A stretch of DNA of 64,000 nucleotides, taken from contig CM119266.1 in NCBI GenBank assembly GCA_051294375.1, positions 25,547,908-25,611,907 on the forward strand. Reading direction: 5' to 3'. Source of the DNA: Paraspadella gotoi. Its lineage: Eukaryota > Animalia > Chaetognatha. The notes below the pieces were generated by a model. The model was not told where the DNA came from and searched no databases. It saw nothing but the letters and a program-made list of their open reading frames with translations. The position numbers were made by a program, and so were the translations under genes. Of the stretch, positions 51,134 to 64,000 are shown in pieces (position 1 is the first letter of the stretch; every line of letters begins with the position of its first letter).

Positions 51134-54100
51134 TAACAGCTTATAAAACGAGGAAAACAGCTTTTCGTAAGTGGGCCCTTTTACAGTTCTTTAGAATCGG
51201 GTAAAAGTAAAGGTTCTTGCCGGATTACCTCAGTTTCATAACATTAGCCAAAACTTTCATTGATCTCAATGTCGTAACGGAAATATGTATTCCTGAATGT
51301 CAGTTGTGAGAGGAAAAAGTGAGTCGCTAAAATGTCAGTCGGATGAGAGGACAATACGTAGTTGAGACTCTTGGACCAATCATTCGATTTCGCGGGTTTC
51401 TGGTGCCTCGAGTTTGATGGTGCCACTTTGAGTAAACAAAGGGACAATCCCGATCACGAGCGGAAGAAGCCCGGAAGGAGAAGGAGTCGATCGGAAGCCA
51501 CTGCACGCCGCCGCTCCGGTCTACGGCCTGCCGTTCGGAGAGCTGAGTATATGAGCTCAGAGAAAGAGAGAGAGACGAGAGAGTAAGAGGAAGAGAGAGA
51601 GATGAGAGAGAGAGATGAGAGCAGAAGGAGAGAGGGAGAAGAGAGAGAGTAGAGAGTGATGAAGAGAAATAGAGAGAGCGGAGAGGGAGAGAGAGGAGAG
51701 AGCGNNNNNNNNNNNNNNNNNNNNNNNNNTGAGAGAGAAGAGAGAGAGAGAGGAGAGAGAGAGTCGAGAGAGAGAGAGAGAGAAAGAGGAGAGAGAGAGA
51801 GAGATGGAGAGAGAGAGAGAGAGAAAGCATTTGCTATACTCAGAAGCCTCGTATCAGCGCAGCCTCCGGAGCAGCGCCCGCGGCGGGGCTGGATCCGAGC
51901 GGCTTCTCCCTGCCTTCGACTTACTTCGCTCGGCCTTCTTACTCCTCTTCCTCTTCCTTTCTGCCCTATCATCCCGGATCCGCGCGACGACAGAGTCGAT
52001 TCGGTCGGAGCCGCACAGCAACTGACTACTCTTTTCTCTCTCTCTTAACCTCGTCCACCGCCGATCCTTCTTCTCTCTTGCCTCCGAGGGATCGATCATG
52101 GGTTCGCGCGGGATCCGGGAGTCCTTTTTTTCAAGAAATTGTATTTGAGTTAGCTATTTGGGCTTTATTGAAGCAACTAACTGACTAAAGTAGGGTAGTC
52201 TGGTGATTTTTCATATTTTTAAATTTTCCTCAATTTAAAAGATTTTTTTTAATGTTTCAGCTTTACTGTACAAGTAAATACGCAATTGAAAAAAACAACA
52301 AAAAAATATTAAAAATATTTAAATAAAAATAATTAAAATTATTATTATAAAAATTTTGAAGTTTGATTTCTTGAGCTACATAGGTTTTTGCGATTCATAT
52401 CCAGCATATTTATAGGCCGCTTCTAATACTTTTTTTTCATTTTCAAAAAATTCACTTGGTGTCATTTTTTGAAGCTTCATGGCTTTCCTTTCTTTTTTGT
52501 AGGGGCCTGCCCAGATGCAGTCGGCTTGGAAGAAATTCTGGTTTGTTGGCCGATTTTACTGTAAGTATAAAAGAGTTAATTTCTTATGTCGGTCATACGC
52601 AGATAAAAAACCTAATAGCATCAGTGAAAGGCATTGCACTTTTTATTTTATCATGAGAAAAATCCAAGGTCATTTATAATACAAAATCGTTTTTAGGAAT
52701 TTTAGAAGTAGTAAGGAAAAGAGGATATAAACTATACCATTCATACTGGTACGATAAAGACAGTTATGAATTTTAATACTCAACCAAGACTGTCCATAGT
52801 TCGCCCAATCAACTCGCCTTTACAGTTCAGGAAAGGAAACTGTTCGCATTGGACACCTTGTCCCAAAGAATTCCAATGGTTGCCAAGGGAAAATTTCTTT
52901 ACTTATTCTCACCAGCTCGTTGAGACGGCGAGGAATGTTCTTTTCGCAAAGTATTAGGCTCGAGTCAAATGCACCCAAGCATATAATCGTATATTTGACG
53001 TCCCAGCAGGAGTTTCTTTGGATTGAATTTGGAATACTATATTTCTTATGTCACCATCATCATCGTTGGCACCATAGATTTTATACATAGGAGCAGAATT
53101 CTCAAACGATATCTATCCAGTTTTTAAATTAGGGCAACGCCTACGATAACAGTGAACATTTCTTCGTAGGTTTGCTCCTATCACAATTTACACCTATGTA
53201 ACAGATCTTTCGGAGTATAATGCCAGCACGATTAAATCTTGAATGAAAATTCTTTCCTCGGAGATCCTTTGGAACATTGTGAGGCGACTTAACTTGGCGG
53301 AGATCTATTCATTTGAAATTAAGAAAAAGTTTTCCGATATTTTCTTATCAAGAGTGTAATGATTCGAAAATCATGAGCCAAAACAGAGAGTAAAAGTCCA
53401 AACAATGGTAAAACAATTCACGGTCAAAACTAACTAAGGCGAGAAAACAATTGTATTGGTTAAGTGGCTTCAAATAGGTTGACCCACTTAACGGTCTCAG
53501 TGCGTGGATTCTAATTTGAAACGATTTGGTCGTTGTCATCTGTCGTTCGTCGTTGTCGTTGTTTTTTGTTAGCAGAATGAGCTTCTACAATTTTTAATTT
53601 TTAATATATTTTTTTTTAGATCACAATCATTTAAAAAAAAAGGGGGAAGAAAAAGAGAGAAGGTGAGCAGTAAAGAAAAAGAGTAAGATCAGCTGATATA
53701 TCTCCTGACCTACTTTACTCGACGACCGAGAACGATACAAGAGAAAATAAGACGAGAGAAGAGAGAAGAGAGAGATGAGAGAAAGAGACGAGAGAAGAGA
53801 GAGAGAGAAATCCGGGCCCGATCCTCGGACTTCGACCGAAGAAGGCCCGACTCCATCAGAGAGAGAGAAAAATCTCCCCGATCCGAGCGGAAGAAGCCCG
53901 GAAGGAGAAGCTGAGTCGATCGGAAGCCACTGCACGCCGGCCGCCTCCGGTCTACGGCTTGACGTTCGGGAGAGCTGAGTAATATGACTCCATGGCCTGA
54001 TACTCAGAAGCCTCGTATCAGCGCAGCCTCCGGGCAGCGCGCGGCGGCGAGCGGTTCTCCCTGCCTTCGACTTTACTTCGCTTCGGCTCTTCTTTTACTT

Positions 54101-55822
54101 CCTCTTCCTCTTTCCTTCTCCCTTATCTCCCGGATCCGGCGCGACGACCAGAGTCCGATCCTGTCGGCAGCCGCAGCCAAACTGACTTATCTTTCTCTCT
54201 CTCTTACCCCTCGTTCACCGCCGACTCTCTCTCTCTGCCTCGACGCGGACTCGATCATGGGTTGCTGCGGCAATCCGGGAGTCTTTCTTTTTCAAGAAAT
54301 TGTATTTGAGCTTAGTATTCTGGCTTTATTGAGCAACTTAACTGACTAAAGCTAGGGTAGTCTGTGATTTTTTTATTTTTAAATTTCTCCTCAATTTTAA
54401 AAGATCTTTTTTTAAATTGTTTCAGTCTTACTGCTACAGTAAAATTAAACGCCAATGGAGAGAGAGAAAGAGAGAGAGAGAGAAGAAAGAAAAAATAAAA
54501 CAATTTGAAATTTTTGAGAAAATAAAATAAAAACAAACAAAAAAAGATACAAGAGTCATAAACACTCACGGAGATCTAGCCCCACACACAAGAATAGCGA
54601 GACAGAGACAGAGAAGAGAGAACGAGACGAATATGAAGACCTTGGCTGTTGCCCTTTAATGGAAAATATACGAGCGACCAACAGAAGCGGAACAGTAAAG
54701 ACCATCCATGTATAATAGGGTGAAGTGAAAGTTTGGAATCAAAATTTAGCAGTTATATCTTGAAAACTATCATATTAGTGAATACTAATCTGTAATTATT
54801 TTTCTTTTTTTATAAATATAGTAGCCCAGGCAGCTTATTTTGTATATAGTACTACCCTTATATAATGTCAAAATTTTAAAATGTTTTTTTTTTTTAATTC
54901 TGAGAACAGATTCAGATTCCTCGTTAAAAGTTAATAAAAAAAAAGTATAAATCTTTTTCAAAAATTATGTTATTAAGTAGGTTAAAATTACAAAAAACTA
55001 TATTTTTAAGCTGGAAATTTAAAATCGGCGTCTTAAATATAGTTTTTTATATTTTTGACTAACTTAATGAAAGAATTTTTAAAAAAGAATTGTACTTTCT
55101 TATAATAACTTTTTGCAAGGAATCCGAATCCGATCTTAAAATTTAAAAATTTGTATTTTGAAATTTTAGCCTATTATATACTTATTACTATATATAAATA
55201 TAGCTCACTGGTGCCCACTAATGTATAAATTTAAAAAATAAATTTACCAAAAGATTTTTATTGGTTTTTATGTTCATGTTTTATATATATTTTATATTAT
55301 ATTTTAATTTTCTAAAATTTTATCATTTTCACATCACTCTAATGTATAATATAAAGCAAAAAAGACGAAACGACGACGACGACGACGACGGCTGCAAAAC
55401 CGCAAAAGCAGAAAAAAAGCTTCCGAGTCCCCGAGCCCTAAGACGTCATGGTCAGTGGGTTAGAAAAACCTAAGAGAGGGAAAAATTTTCATCGTCTCGG
55501 CGAAGTTGCCCTGAGAAAGTAATCATCATCGTCGTTGTCGTCGTCTTCATCGTCGTTGTCGTCGTCTTCATCGTCGTTGACGTCGTCATCCGTCGACCGT
55601 AGTGTTGGGAGTATGCCACACCCTTTGTTGTCGCGGTTCTCATAAACTTTATCTTCTTCACAACAAGGCAAAGACCGTCGCCATTTTCTTCGTCGTCGTC
55701 ATCATCATCGTCGTCACTTTTGGTCATCGTTTTTCATTAACGTCTACGTCGTCGTCAGCGACATCTACGTCGTCGTCTTCGACATCTACGTCGTCGTCAT
55801 CGTCATTTTCATCATCTAGTGG

Positions 55823-55862
<40 letters not shown>

Positions 55863-56037
55863 ACGAGAGAGAGAGAGAAGAGAAGAAAGGGAGTAATTTT
55901 AGTTTTTTGGCTGAAGTATTATAATCTCTTTTATGCGTAAATCAAGTTAATCTCGACAACTGAAAGCGAGAGAAGATGAACGCGAAAAATTGAAGAAAGG
56001 ACAAGCTCGCGCGTGAGTTTGAGTGTGTGAAAGAGAG

Positions 56038-56107
<70 letters not shown>

Positions 56108-56129
56108 GAGAAGAGGAGGAGAGAGAGAG

Positions 56130-58242
56130 GATAGATACTGATTTTTACACATAACGGACAAGATGGCGAAAAACTCGGGGCAAAGACGCGATGTTTGAAG
56201 ACAATAGATCATCTGTTGATGATAAGACCTCTCTGCTAATCATGCAATTCGGGAAATGATGAGTCGACGAACGACGACGCGAACGACGAACGAGAACGAC
56301 GACGGCGGTGCCAGAAATAATCTGATGTCGGTAATCATTCGACCATAACAAGGACCCTGACGGGGAGTTTCTCTGGCGGGATTAAAGATGAAAATAAAGA
56401 TAAAAAAAAAATGAAGGAGAGATAGGAAAAGAAAAAGAAAAAAAAAAGCAGAAATGAGAATCAACAAGGAGGAAAAGGAAAACCAAAACGAAACCGCCGG
56501 CGGAAAAATATTTTTTAAAGGGGAGGGGTGGGAGCGGAAACGAAATCGGGGGGGGGAGCGGTTATGTATAAAATAGGAAAGTCCGAGGAAAAAAAAATCC
56601 TACATGTTGTTCCGGAGAAGCGACGCGAGAAGTGTATGAAACGACGATTCGTAAACAAACGGACCAAGAGATGATGAGCTTCCGAGTGAGCGGGGGAAAA
56701 AGGAAGATAACTGATAATAAAAACAATGAGAAGAGAGAGACCAGAGAGAAGAGAGAGAGACGAGAGAGAGAGAAGAGAGAGAGAGAGAAGAGGAAGAGTC
56801 GTGGACACGAACAAGCGTGGAGAACCTCGCGTCGTAGATTTTTTCTTTGTTTTTCTCCCCCTCGAGGGTTTTTTCTCCGTCTCTCCCTCGCCCCATGCCT
56901 TCCCCCTGCCTCCTTCCCGGCCCGCCTTCTAAGAAAAGGAGTCGGATTCTCGGGTGATAAATCATCGGTTGCGGCTTTGACGCTACCTAGAAAGGGGGAT
57001 GGTAGGTGGAGTGGATAAGGTCGATGACACTACTGGAGAGAGAGCGTGGACTTGGAGTGGTGGGGTGATGAGAGACCAAGGACGCCACCGGGCGTCATGG
57101 AGGAAGAGAAGCTCAGGAAAGCGAACGAGGATTAATTATCTACCGGTTTCATCGGTTTGACAGAAAAGGATGGTTTAATATGTTTTAACTTATGATAAAA
57201 GTACATGGTTTTAATATATTTACAATTATTATTAAAGATTAATCAGGAGCTTCTTTTTTTTCTGAAGATTTCCCTGACGAAATCGGTGTTTGGTTATTCG
57301 TTTTCGGTCAGACCCGGCTGTAATATAAAAACCATATAAGCCGATGCGGTAAAAATCGTAAATTATAAAATATTTTTTCCCGATAGGCCTCGGATTGGCG
57401 TGGGGGATTCGGAAAAAGAGAAAATGAACTGATATTAGATGCGAAGAGAAAACGGAACCGATGGATTCCGAGTGGAAGAAAATACATTAGGAGTTTATGA
57501 GGTTTTCTTTGAGGGAGAATCGCAAACAATTGAATGCAAATGGAGGATTGGGAGAATGAAGATGAAAAAACGACAATGAAGAAAGATTAATAAAGATGAA
57601 TGAACATTAAAGTGGTAAATGGAAGATGCGAAGAGTAAGTCGATAAAGTACATTCTTAATGATGTAAGATAATGAGATTATAATGAGATAAGCATAACCT
57701 CTGCAAGCAATGATATTAGATCAATTATTAGTCATGCCGTTATCCTTGAATGGGATTTAAATTGTTAATCAAATACTTTTAAGACTGTTAACTGAGTAAC
57801 AAAAAGACAAGGAGTAAAGACAAGATTATCATCCAGGATCCGCGCTGGTTTTGTCAGTTTCAAAGGGTCACACAGTCGTTAGGTGCTAAGTCGAGACAGA
57901 GTGGGAAATAAGAAGAAAGAAAAAAGGAATCGATTAGAAGACGAAGACGAAGACAAAGAGAGAAGAAGAAGAAGATAGAAGAAGAGAAGAAGAAAGAAGA
58001 AGAAGAAAGAGAAGAAGAAGGGGAAGGAAGAGGGAAGAGGAAGACAAAATAATTAGAAGCTTCAGATTATCGCGGTGAAATTTGGAGTTAGATAGGGATT
58101 AAGAAATTTAGAAGGAAAGCAAAACGAGAAGGAACAAAAAAAAAAAAAAAAAACAAAAAAAAAATGAAATAAAATAACGTGACGCGGAAGTAACGGCGAA
58201 GATGTTACACTTAGAGGAGGAGAGGAGAGAGAGAAGAGAGAG

Positions 58243-58293
<51 letters not shown>

Positions 58294-58944
58294 TGGAGAG
58301 AGAGAGAGAGAAAGAAAGAAAGCGGAAGGCTAAGAGCCTTTTCGTCTAGAAAAATAAAAAAAGTTTGAACCGGAACGCAGCGAGAGAGAACGCAAAAAAG
58401 AAACAGAGAGAGAAAGCAACAAAATAAAGAGAGAGAGCGAGACGAGAGAGAAGAAGAGAGGAAGAAGAAAAAGAGGAAGAGGAAAGGGAAGAGAGGAGAG
58501 AGGAGGGCGAGGAATGAGAGCATCTCCCTGACCCAAGTGACTGTAATTCGACCAAAATGCTCCTGTTTGACAAATAAAAAAAAAAAAAAAAAAACTCAAC
58601 AAAAAACACACACAAAAAAAGAAAGTCAGACTCTTTCTTTCATGTATCGTGTCCCACTATTTCATATCGCTTTTCCCCTTTTTATCCCCGTTTCTCCTTT
58701 TGCGTTTTTCTTTTTTGGACGTTTTTGTCGTCCGAAGGATATTTGGTCGCTGGGAAGGTTTGATCGGTAATGATACAACGATAGAGACAGAGATCGGGAA
58801 GGGGGCGAAAGGGAAATAATGTGGACTTGGTCACGGAAAGAAAGTTGAATGGAAATAAGAATGCAGAGAGAGAGAGAAAAAAAAAGAAAGAGAGGAGAAT
58901 AGAGAGAGAGAGAGCAGAGAGCATGAGACAGAGAGAGAGAAGAG

Positions 58945-59000
<56 letters not shown>

Positions 59001-59536
59001 TGAGAGAGAAAAGAGAGAAGACGAGAGCCATATAGGTATAGAGAGTTTTTTTTTCAACTCCACCCTAACCCTCGCGCCCAAGCGTCTTTTTCGCACAACT
59101 TTCAACTCTTTCTGCCTCTCCCAGATGAAAAAAAAAGAGTTTTAATTGCTCGAGTTCCATTGATAAAAACGTTTTATTGCTCGAGTCCCATTGATAAAAA
59201 AAAAACGAAAGTGTAGAAAAATGGAGACAGCACAAAAAAAAAAAAAAGGAGAGAGAGAGTTGAAAACATTTATTTGAAAAGCGCGAGAAATGAAAGAGGG
59301 AAAAGAGGGTGGGACCAGGAGGGTGGCGAGGGGAGGGTGTTAGGGGGAGAGGGGAGAGTGTAAGTAGGCCGGTAGAGAGAGAGAGAGGGAGTCAAAAAAT
59401 TCTGTAGAAAAAAAACGAAGCGGAGACGGAATGGAAAGGAAACCACGACTGTGGAGAAAGAAAAAGTCGCATTGTGGTCCCAGAATCGGAGCTGAAATGA
59501 GATGCTGAATGCACGAATGGCGGAGAAGAGAGCAGA

Positions 59537-59575
<39 letters not shown>

Positions 59576-60684
59576 AGAAGAGAGAGAGGAGAGAGAGAGA
59601 GAGAGGAAAAATCGAAATTGTGTGTGAAGGAAGAGGAAAAAGCCGATGAGATAGATGACAGAGTAGAACAGGTGTGCGTGATAATTGGAACGAAGAAGAG
59701 AAAGTTGAGCTCGAAAGCGAAAGTAAAAAAGTGAACGACTATTACAGAACTATTATCTCCGTTTCCTCTCGGTGATGTTAAAGAAGTAGGTTTGCTGTTT
59801 GTTCATTAAATAAATACATCTTGATATTAATGTGCAAGGAAATTGTTTCAAAAAAGGAAAGGTAAGAAAACAAGCTAACTTAAGCATTAACATCATAAAT
59901 CATAAACAACATAAACAATAAATCAATCTTATCAAAAATAAAGATAAGAATACTGTAATTTGATATCAAATGAGGCTTTCATCCTAAAAAAAAATTTATT
60001 AAATTTGAACTCGATATAGTCCTTTTTTACTTACTTTTATCATTTTAATGATTTCTTCGTATTCATCGCAGAGGCAATCGAACTCGAAAGGAATTTGAAT
60101 ACGAACTGCATGATCGCTGATTTTGCCCTATGATGGTCGCTTTCGCGTCAGTTAGAACTTTCGGCCTGCAGCAGAGCTTTATTCGATCTATATTGTCGTA
60201 TCGACGACGTGCGCTAACTGCAGTGTCGCCCTCCCCTAAATTGTGCGTCGCGGCCTAAAATAAACACACACACACTCTCTTCTACTTCTCTCTCTCCTCT
60301 CTCTCTCTCTCGTCTCTCTCTTCTCTCTCAATCCTTTCTCTTCTGATCGTCTCTCTTCGGTCTCTTCTTTATCTCTTCAAACTCGGCCTCGGGTCAGTCG
60401 CTTGGAGGTCACTTGATGCGATGGCATTCGTCAGTTTCGGGACAATTCCTCTATCTTCTCAACTCTCGTCATTTCTTACGATGTGTTTTTGTTTTCATGA
60501 AACATCCTCTAACGAAAAAGTCGGAGAAACATAAAGAAAAGAAAAAAGAGCATCGGAATCATTCGTCCTGCGCACGTCGCGTGGGGTCGCTACGTGCTGT
60601 CCCAGTATTCATTTCCTTCTCTTTCCGTTATGGGAGGGAGGGAAAGATAGAAGAGAGAGAAGAGAGAGAGAGGAGAGAGAGAGA

Positions 60685-60717
<33 letters not shown>

Positions 60718-61464
60718 GGAGGAGTGGAGGGACCAAAGAAGAAGATGATATCCAAATTAACATGTGGTTCATTCAAAGTCGGAAAATCGCTCCCTTCAGT
60801 TTTTAATCTTTGTTATACAATAAGGCATAGAATCTAATGCAGCACTAGCGATGTCTATAATGACTATCAGATGTATAATGTAATGTAAAATTGAAATTGA
60901 GTATTTTTTCTTGATTCCCACTGTATTGAAAAAGGACAACGAAGACGAACGACGACGACTAAAACTACCGTAAAACGAGACGATCGACGACGATGGCGAA
61001 ACGTGAGTACCCACAACACATCAACCTCTTTGTAAACAACTTTCACTAAAAAAAAAAGCGTGAAAAACTAGGACAGCGTTTCCATGGCGACGACGAGAAA
61101 GTCGACGATGAATGAAAACAAAGACCTTTAAAATTAGGTATAATTCTTTCTCTTTTTTTCTTTATTTCTCTCTCTCTCTCTCTCTCCCATCTCTCTGCTC
61201 TCTCTCTCTCTCGTCTCTCTCCTCTCCTCTCTCTCTCGTCTCCTCTCTCTTCTCTCTCTCTCTTCTCCTCTCTCTCACTCAATTCACTCACTGAAGCACT
61301 TCAAATTAACAACAAATAAAAACAAAGAATCAAAACAATCGCCTCGAAATTGGCGCTCGTCGGATTAATACGTAGAGGCGAGAAATGACTCCACGGATTT
61401 CCGGAACAGATGGAGAGGACACAAAGAGAGAAGAAGAGAAAGGAGAGAGAGAGAGAGAGAGGAG

Positions 61465-61501
<37 letters not shown>

Positions 61502-61842
61502 CGAGAGAGCGTAACAGCTTATAAAACGAGGAAAACACTTTTCGTAAGTGGGGCCCTTTTACAGTTCTTTAGAATCGGGTAAAAGTAAAGGTTCTTGCCG
61601 ATTCACCTCAGTTTCATAACATTAGCCAAAACTTCATTGAATCTCAATGTCGTATACGGAAAATTATTATTCCTGATGTCAGTTGTGAGAGGAAAAAGTG
61701 AGTCGCTAAAATGATCAGTCGATGAGAGGACAATTACGTATTGAGACTCATTGGACCAAATCGATTCGATTTCGGGCGGGTTGTTGGTGCCTCGAGTTGA
61801 TCAGGTGCCACTTTGAGTAAACAAAGGGACAAATTGAGAGAT

Positions 61843-61929
<87 letters not shown>

Positions 61930-61964
61930 TGAGAGAGAGAGAGAGAGAAGAGGAGAGAGAGAGA

Positions 61965-62007
<43 letters not shown>

Positions 62008-63400
62008 GAGAGAGAGAGAGGAGAGAGAGAGAGAGTAGAGATGTGAGAGGTGAAGATGAGAGAATGGAGAGGGAGAGGAGGAGAGAGAGAGTAGCGAAAT
62101 GAGAAGTAAGTAAGAAGTAGATGAGAAGAAAATAAAACAATTTGAATTTTTGAGAAATAAAATAAAAAAACAAACAAAAAAAGATACAATGAGTCATAAA
62201 CACTCACGGAGATCTATGCCCCTACACACAAGAATAGCAGAGATAGAGACAGAGAAGAAGAGATACGAACAATATGACAGACCTTGTGTTTGCCCTTTAA
62301 TGGAAAATATACGAGCGACCACAGAAGCGGAATCAGTAAAGACCATCATAGTATGATAGGGTGAAGTGAAAGTTGGAATCAATAATTTAGGCAGTTATAT
62401 CTTGAAAATACATATTAGTGATATCTAATCTGTGAATTATTTTTCTTTTTTTATAAATATAGTAGCCCAGGCAGCTTATTTTGTATATAGTACTACCTTA
62501 TATAATGTCAAAATTTTAAATGTTTTTTTTTATTATTCTGAGAACAATTCAGATTCCTCGTTAAAAGTTAATAAAAAAAAGTATAAATCTTTTTCAAAAT
62601 TATGTTATTAGTAGGTTAAAATTACAAAAAACTATATTTTTAAGCTGGAAATTTAAAATCGGCGTCTTAAATATAGTTTTTTATATTTTTGACTAACTTA
62701 ATGAAGAATTTTTAAAAAGATTGTACTTCTTATAATAACTTTTGCAAGGAATCCGAATCCGATCTTAAAATTTAAAAATTTGTATTTTGAAATTTTTAGC
62801 CTATTATATACTTATTACTATATATATTATAGCTCACTGGTGCCATAATGTATAAATTTAAAAAATAAATTTACCAAAAGATTTTTATTGGTTTTTATGT
62901 TCATGTTTTATATATATTTTATATTATATTTTAATTTTCTAAAATTTTATCATTTTCACATCACTCTATAGTATATATAAAGCAAAAAAGACGAACGACG
63001 ACGACGACGACGACGGCTGCAAACCGCAAAAGCAGAAAGAAAAGCTTCCGAGTCCCGAGCCCTAAGACGTCATGGTCAGTGGGGTTAGAAAAACCTAAGA
63101 GAGGAAAAATTTTCATCGTCTCGGCGAAGTTGCCCTGAGAAAGTAATCATCATCGTCGTTGTCGTCGTCTTCATCGTCGTTGTCGTCGTCTTCATCGTCG
63201 TTGACGTCGTCATCCGTCGACCGTAGTGTTTGGAGTATGCACACCTTTGTTGTCGCGGTTCTCATAAACTTTATCTTCTTCACAACAAGGCAAAGACCGT
63301 CGCCATTTTCTTCGTCGTCGTCATCATCATCGTCGTCACTTTTGGTCATCGTTTTTCATTAACGTCTACGTCGTCGTCAGCGACATCTACGTCGTCGTCT
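56130..63400 (+). repeat. Large direct duplication, copy B
   Basis: Collinear, indel-rich match to copy A. Ends at the 25-N gap 63401-63425. Confidence 0.85.
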
Positions 63401-63425
63401 NNNNNNNNNNNNNNNNNNNNNNNNN

Positions 63426-63875
63426 GAATTTCCGTCGTCGTGTCGTCATCGTCATCTGTACGTGTGTCTCGATCATCATACGGTGCGTCAGTCGTCATTC
63501 GTCGTCGATCTCGTCGTCGCTCGTCGAATCTACGTCGTCGTCATCACATCTACGTTGTCGTCATCGTCAACTTTGTCGTCGTCGTCGCATCGTACGTCGT
63601 CGTCATCGTCATCTTCGTCTGTCATCGAATCTACGTCGTCGTCATCGTCATCTCGTCACTCGTCATCTTCGTCGTCGTGGTCGACATACTACTCGGTTCT
63701 CGTATCCGACATCTACGTCGTCTCGATCGTCATCATCTCTCTTTTCATCGACATCTACGTCGTCGTCATCGTCATCTTCGTCATTGTCATCTTCGTCGTC
63801 ATCTTCGTCGTTGTCAGCGACATCTACGTCGTCGTCATCGTCATCTTCGTCGTCATCTTTGTCGTCGTCCCTCGT
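63426..63875 (+). repeat. Degenerate (GTC/ATC)n array with recurring GACATCTACGTCGTC units
   Basis: Direct reading. Related shorter array at ~55520-55815. Confidence 0.8.
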
Positions 63876-64000
63876 CTCATTCTTCTGGCCCAACACGCTA
63901 GTTTCCTCTATTTTTTCTCCTATTTTTTTTTCAACGCGTCGAACTTAAAATTCCGACCAACGAAAAGTAAATATATCTTTTCCGTGTTTCTCTTTTATTC

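Larger units (their letters stand above)
44700..55800 (+). repeat. Large direct duplication, copy A (contains an extra fold-back and an extra 3 kb segment)
   Basis: 44700-48874 matches 56130-60275; 49980-51450 matches 60450-61830; 54450-55790 matches 62130-63400. Confidence 0.85.

Noticed and set aside
51854-52099. SR-rich protein start (MIDPSEAR...)
   Set aside because: The frame is not preserved in the repeat copy at ~54000-54260, and purine-rich low complexity explains the composition.

Overview
Repeat-dominated, AT- and (GA)n-rich eukaryotic DNA (probably animal; species not determinable) from an error-prone long-read gap-filled assembly. It has eight gaps of exactly 25 N, large noisy direct duplications (about 17.1-23.7 kb vs 24.7-31.4 kb; about 44.7-55.8 kb vs 56.1-63.4 kb) and several fold-back inversions. 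Almost all listed ORFs are microsatellite read-throughs, and no intact host gene can be supported. Two real elements stand out. (1) A heavily frameshifted R2-like (Myb/RT/CCHC/RLE) non-LTR retrotransposon on the minus strand at about 6.05-9.7 kb, with no flanking rDNA. (2) The main finding: a 284-285 bp non-coding solo-LTR-like element (TGT...ACA ends, 4-bp target-site duplications) carrying a tRNA-like RNA polymerase III promoter directly followed by a predicted type-P5 twister self-cleaving ribozyme. It looks like a Pol III-driven twister 'retrozyme'/TRIM. It occurs at two independent loci 825 bp apart (26503-26786, 27612-27896), each repeated in the duplicated block (18924-~19040, 19887-20175). 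All calls come from reading by eye; no searches or folding programs were run.
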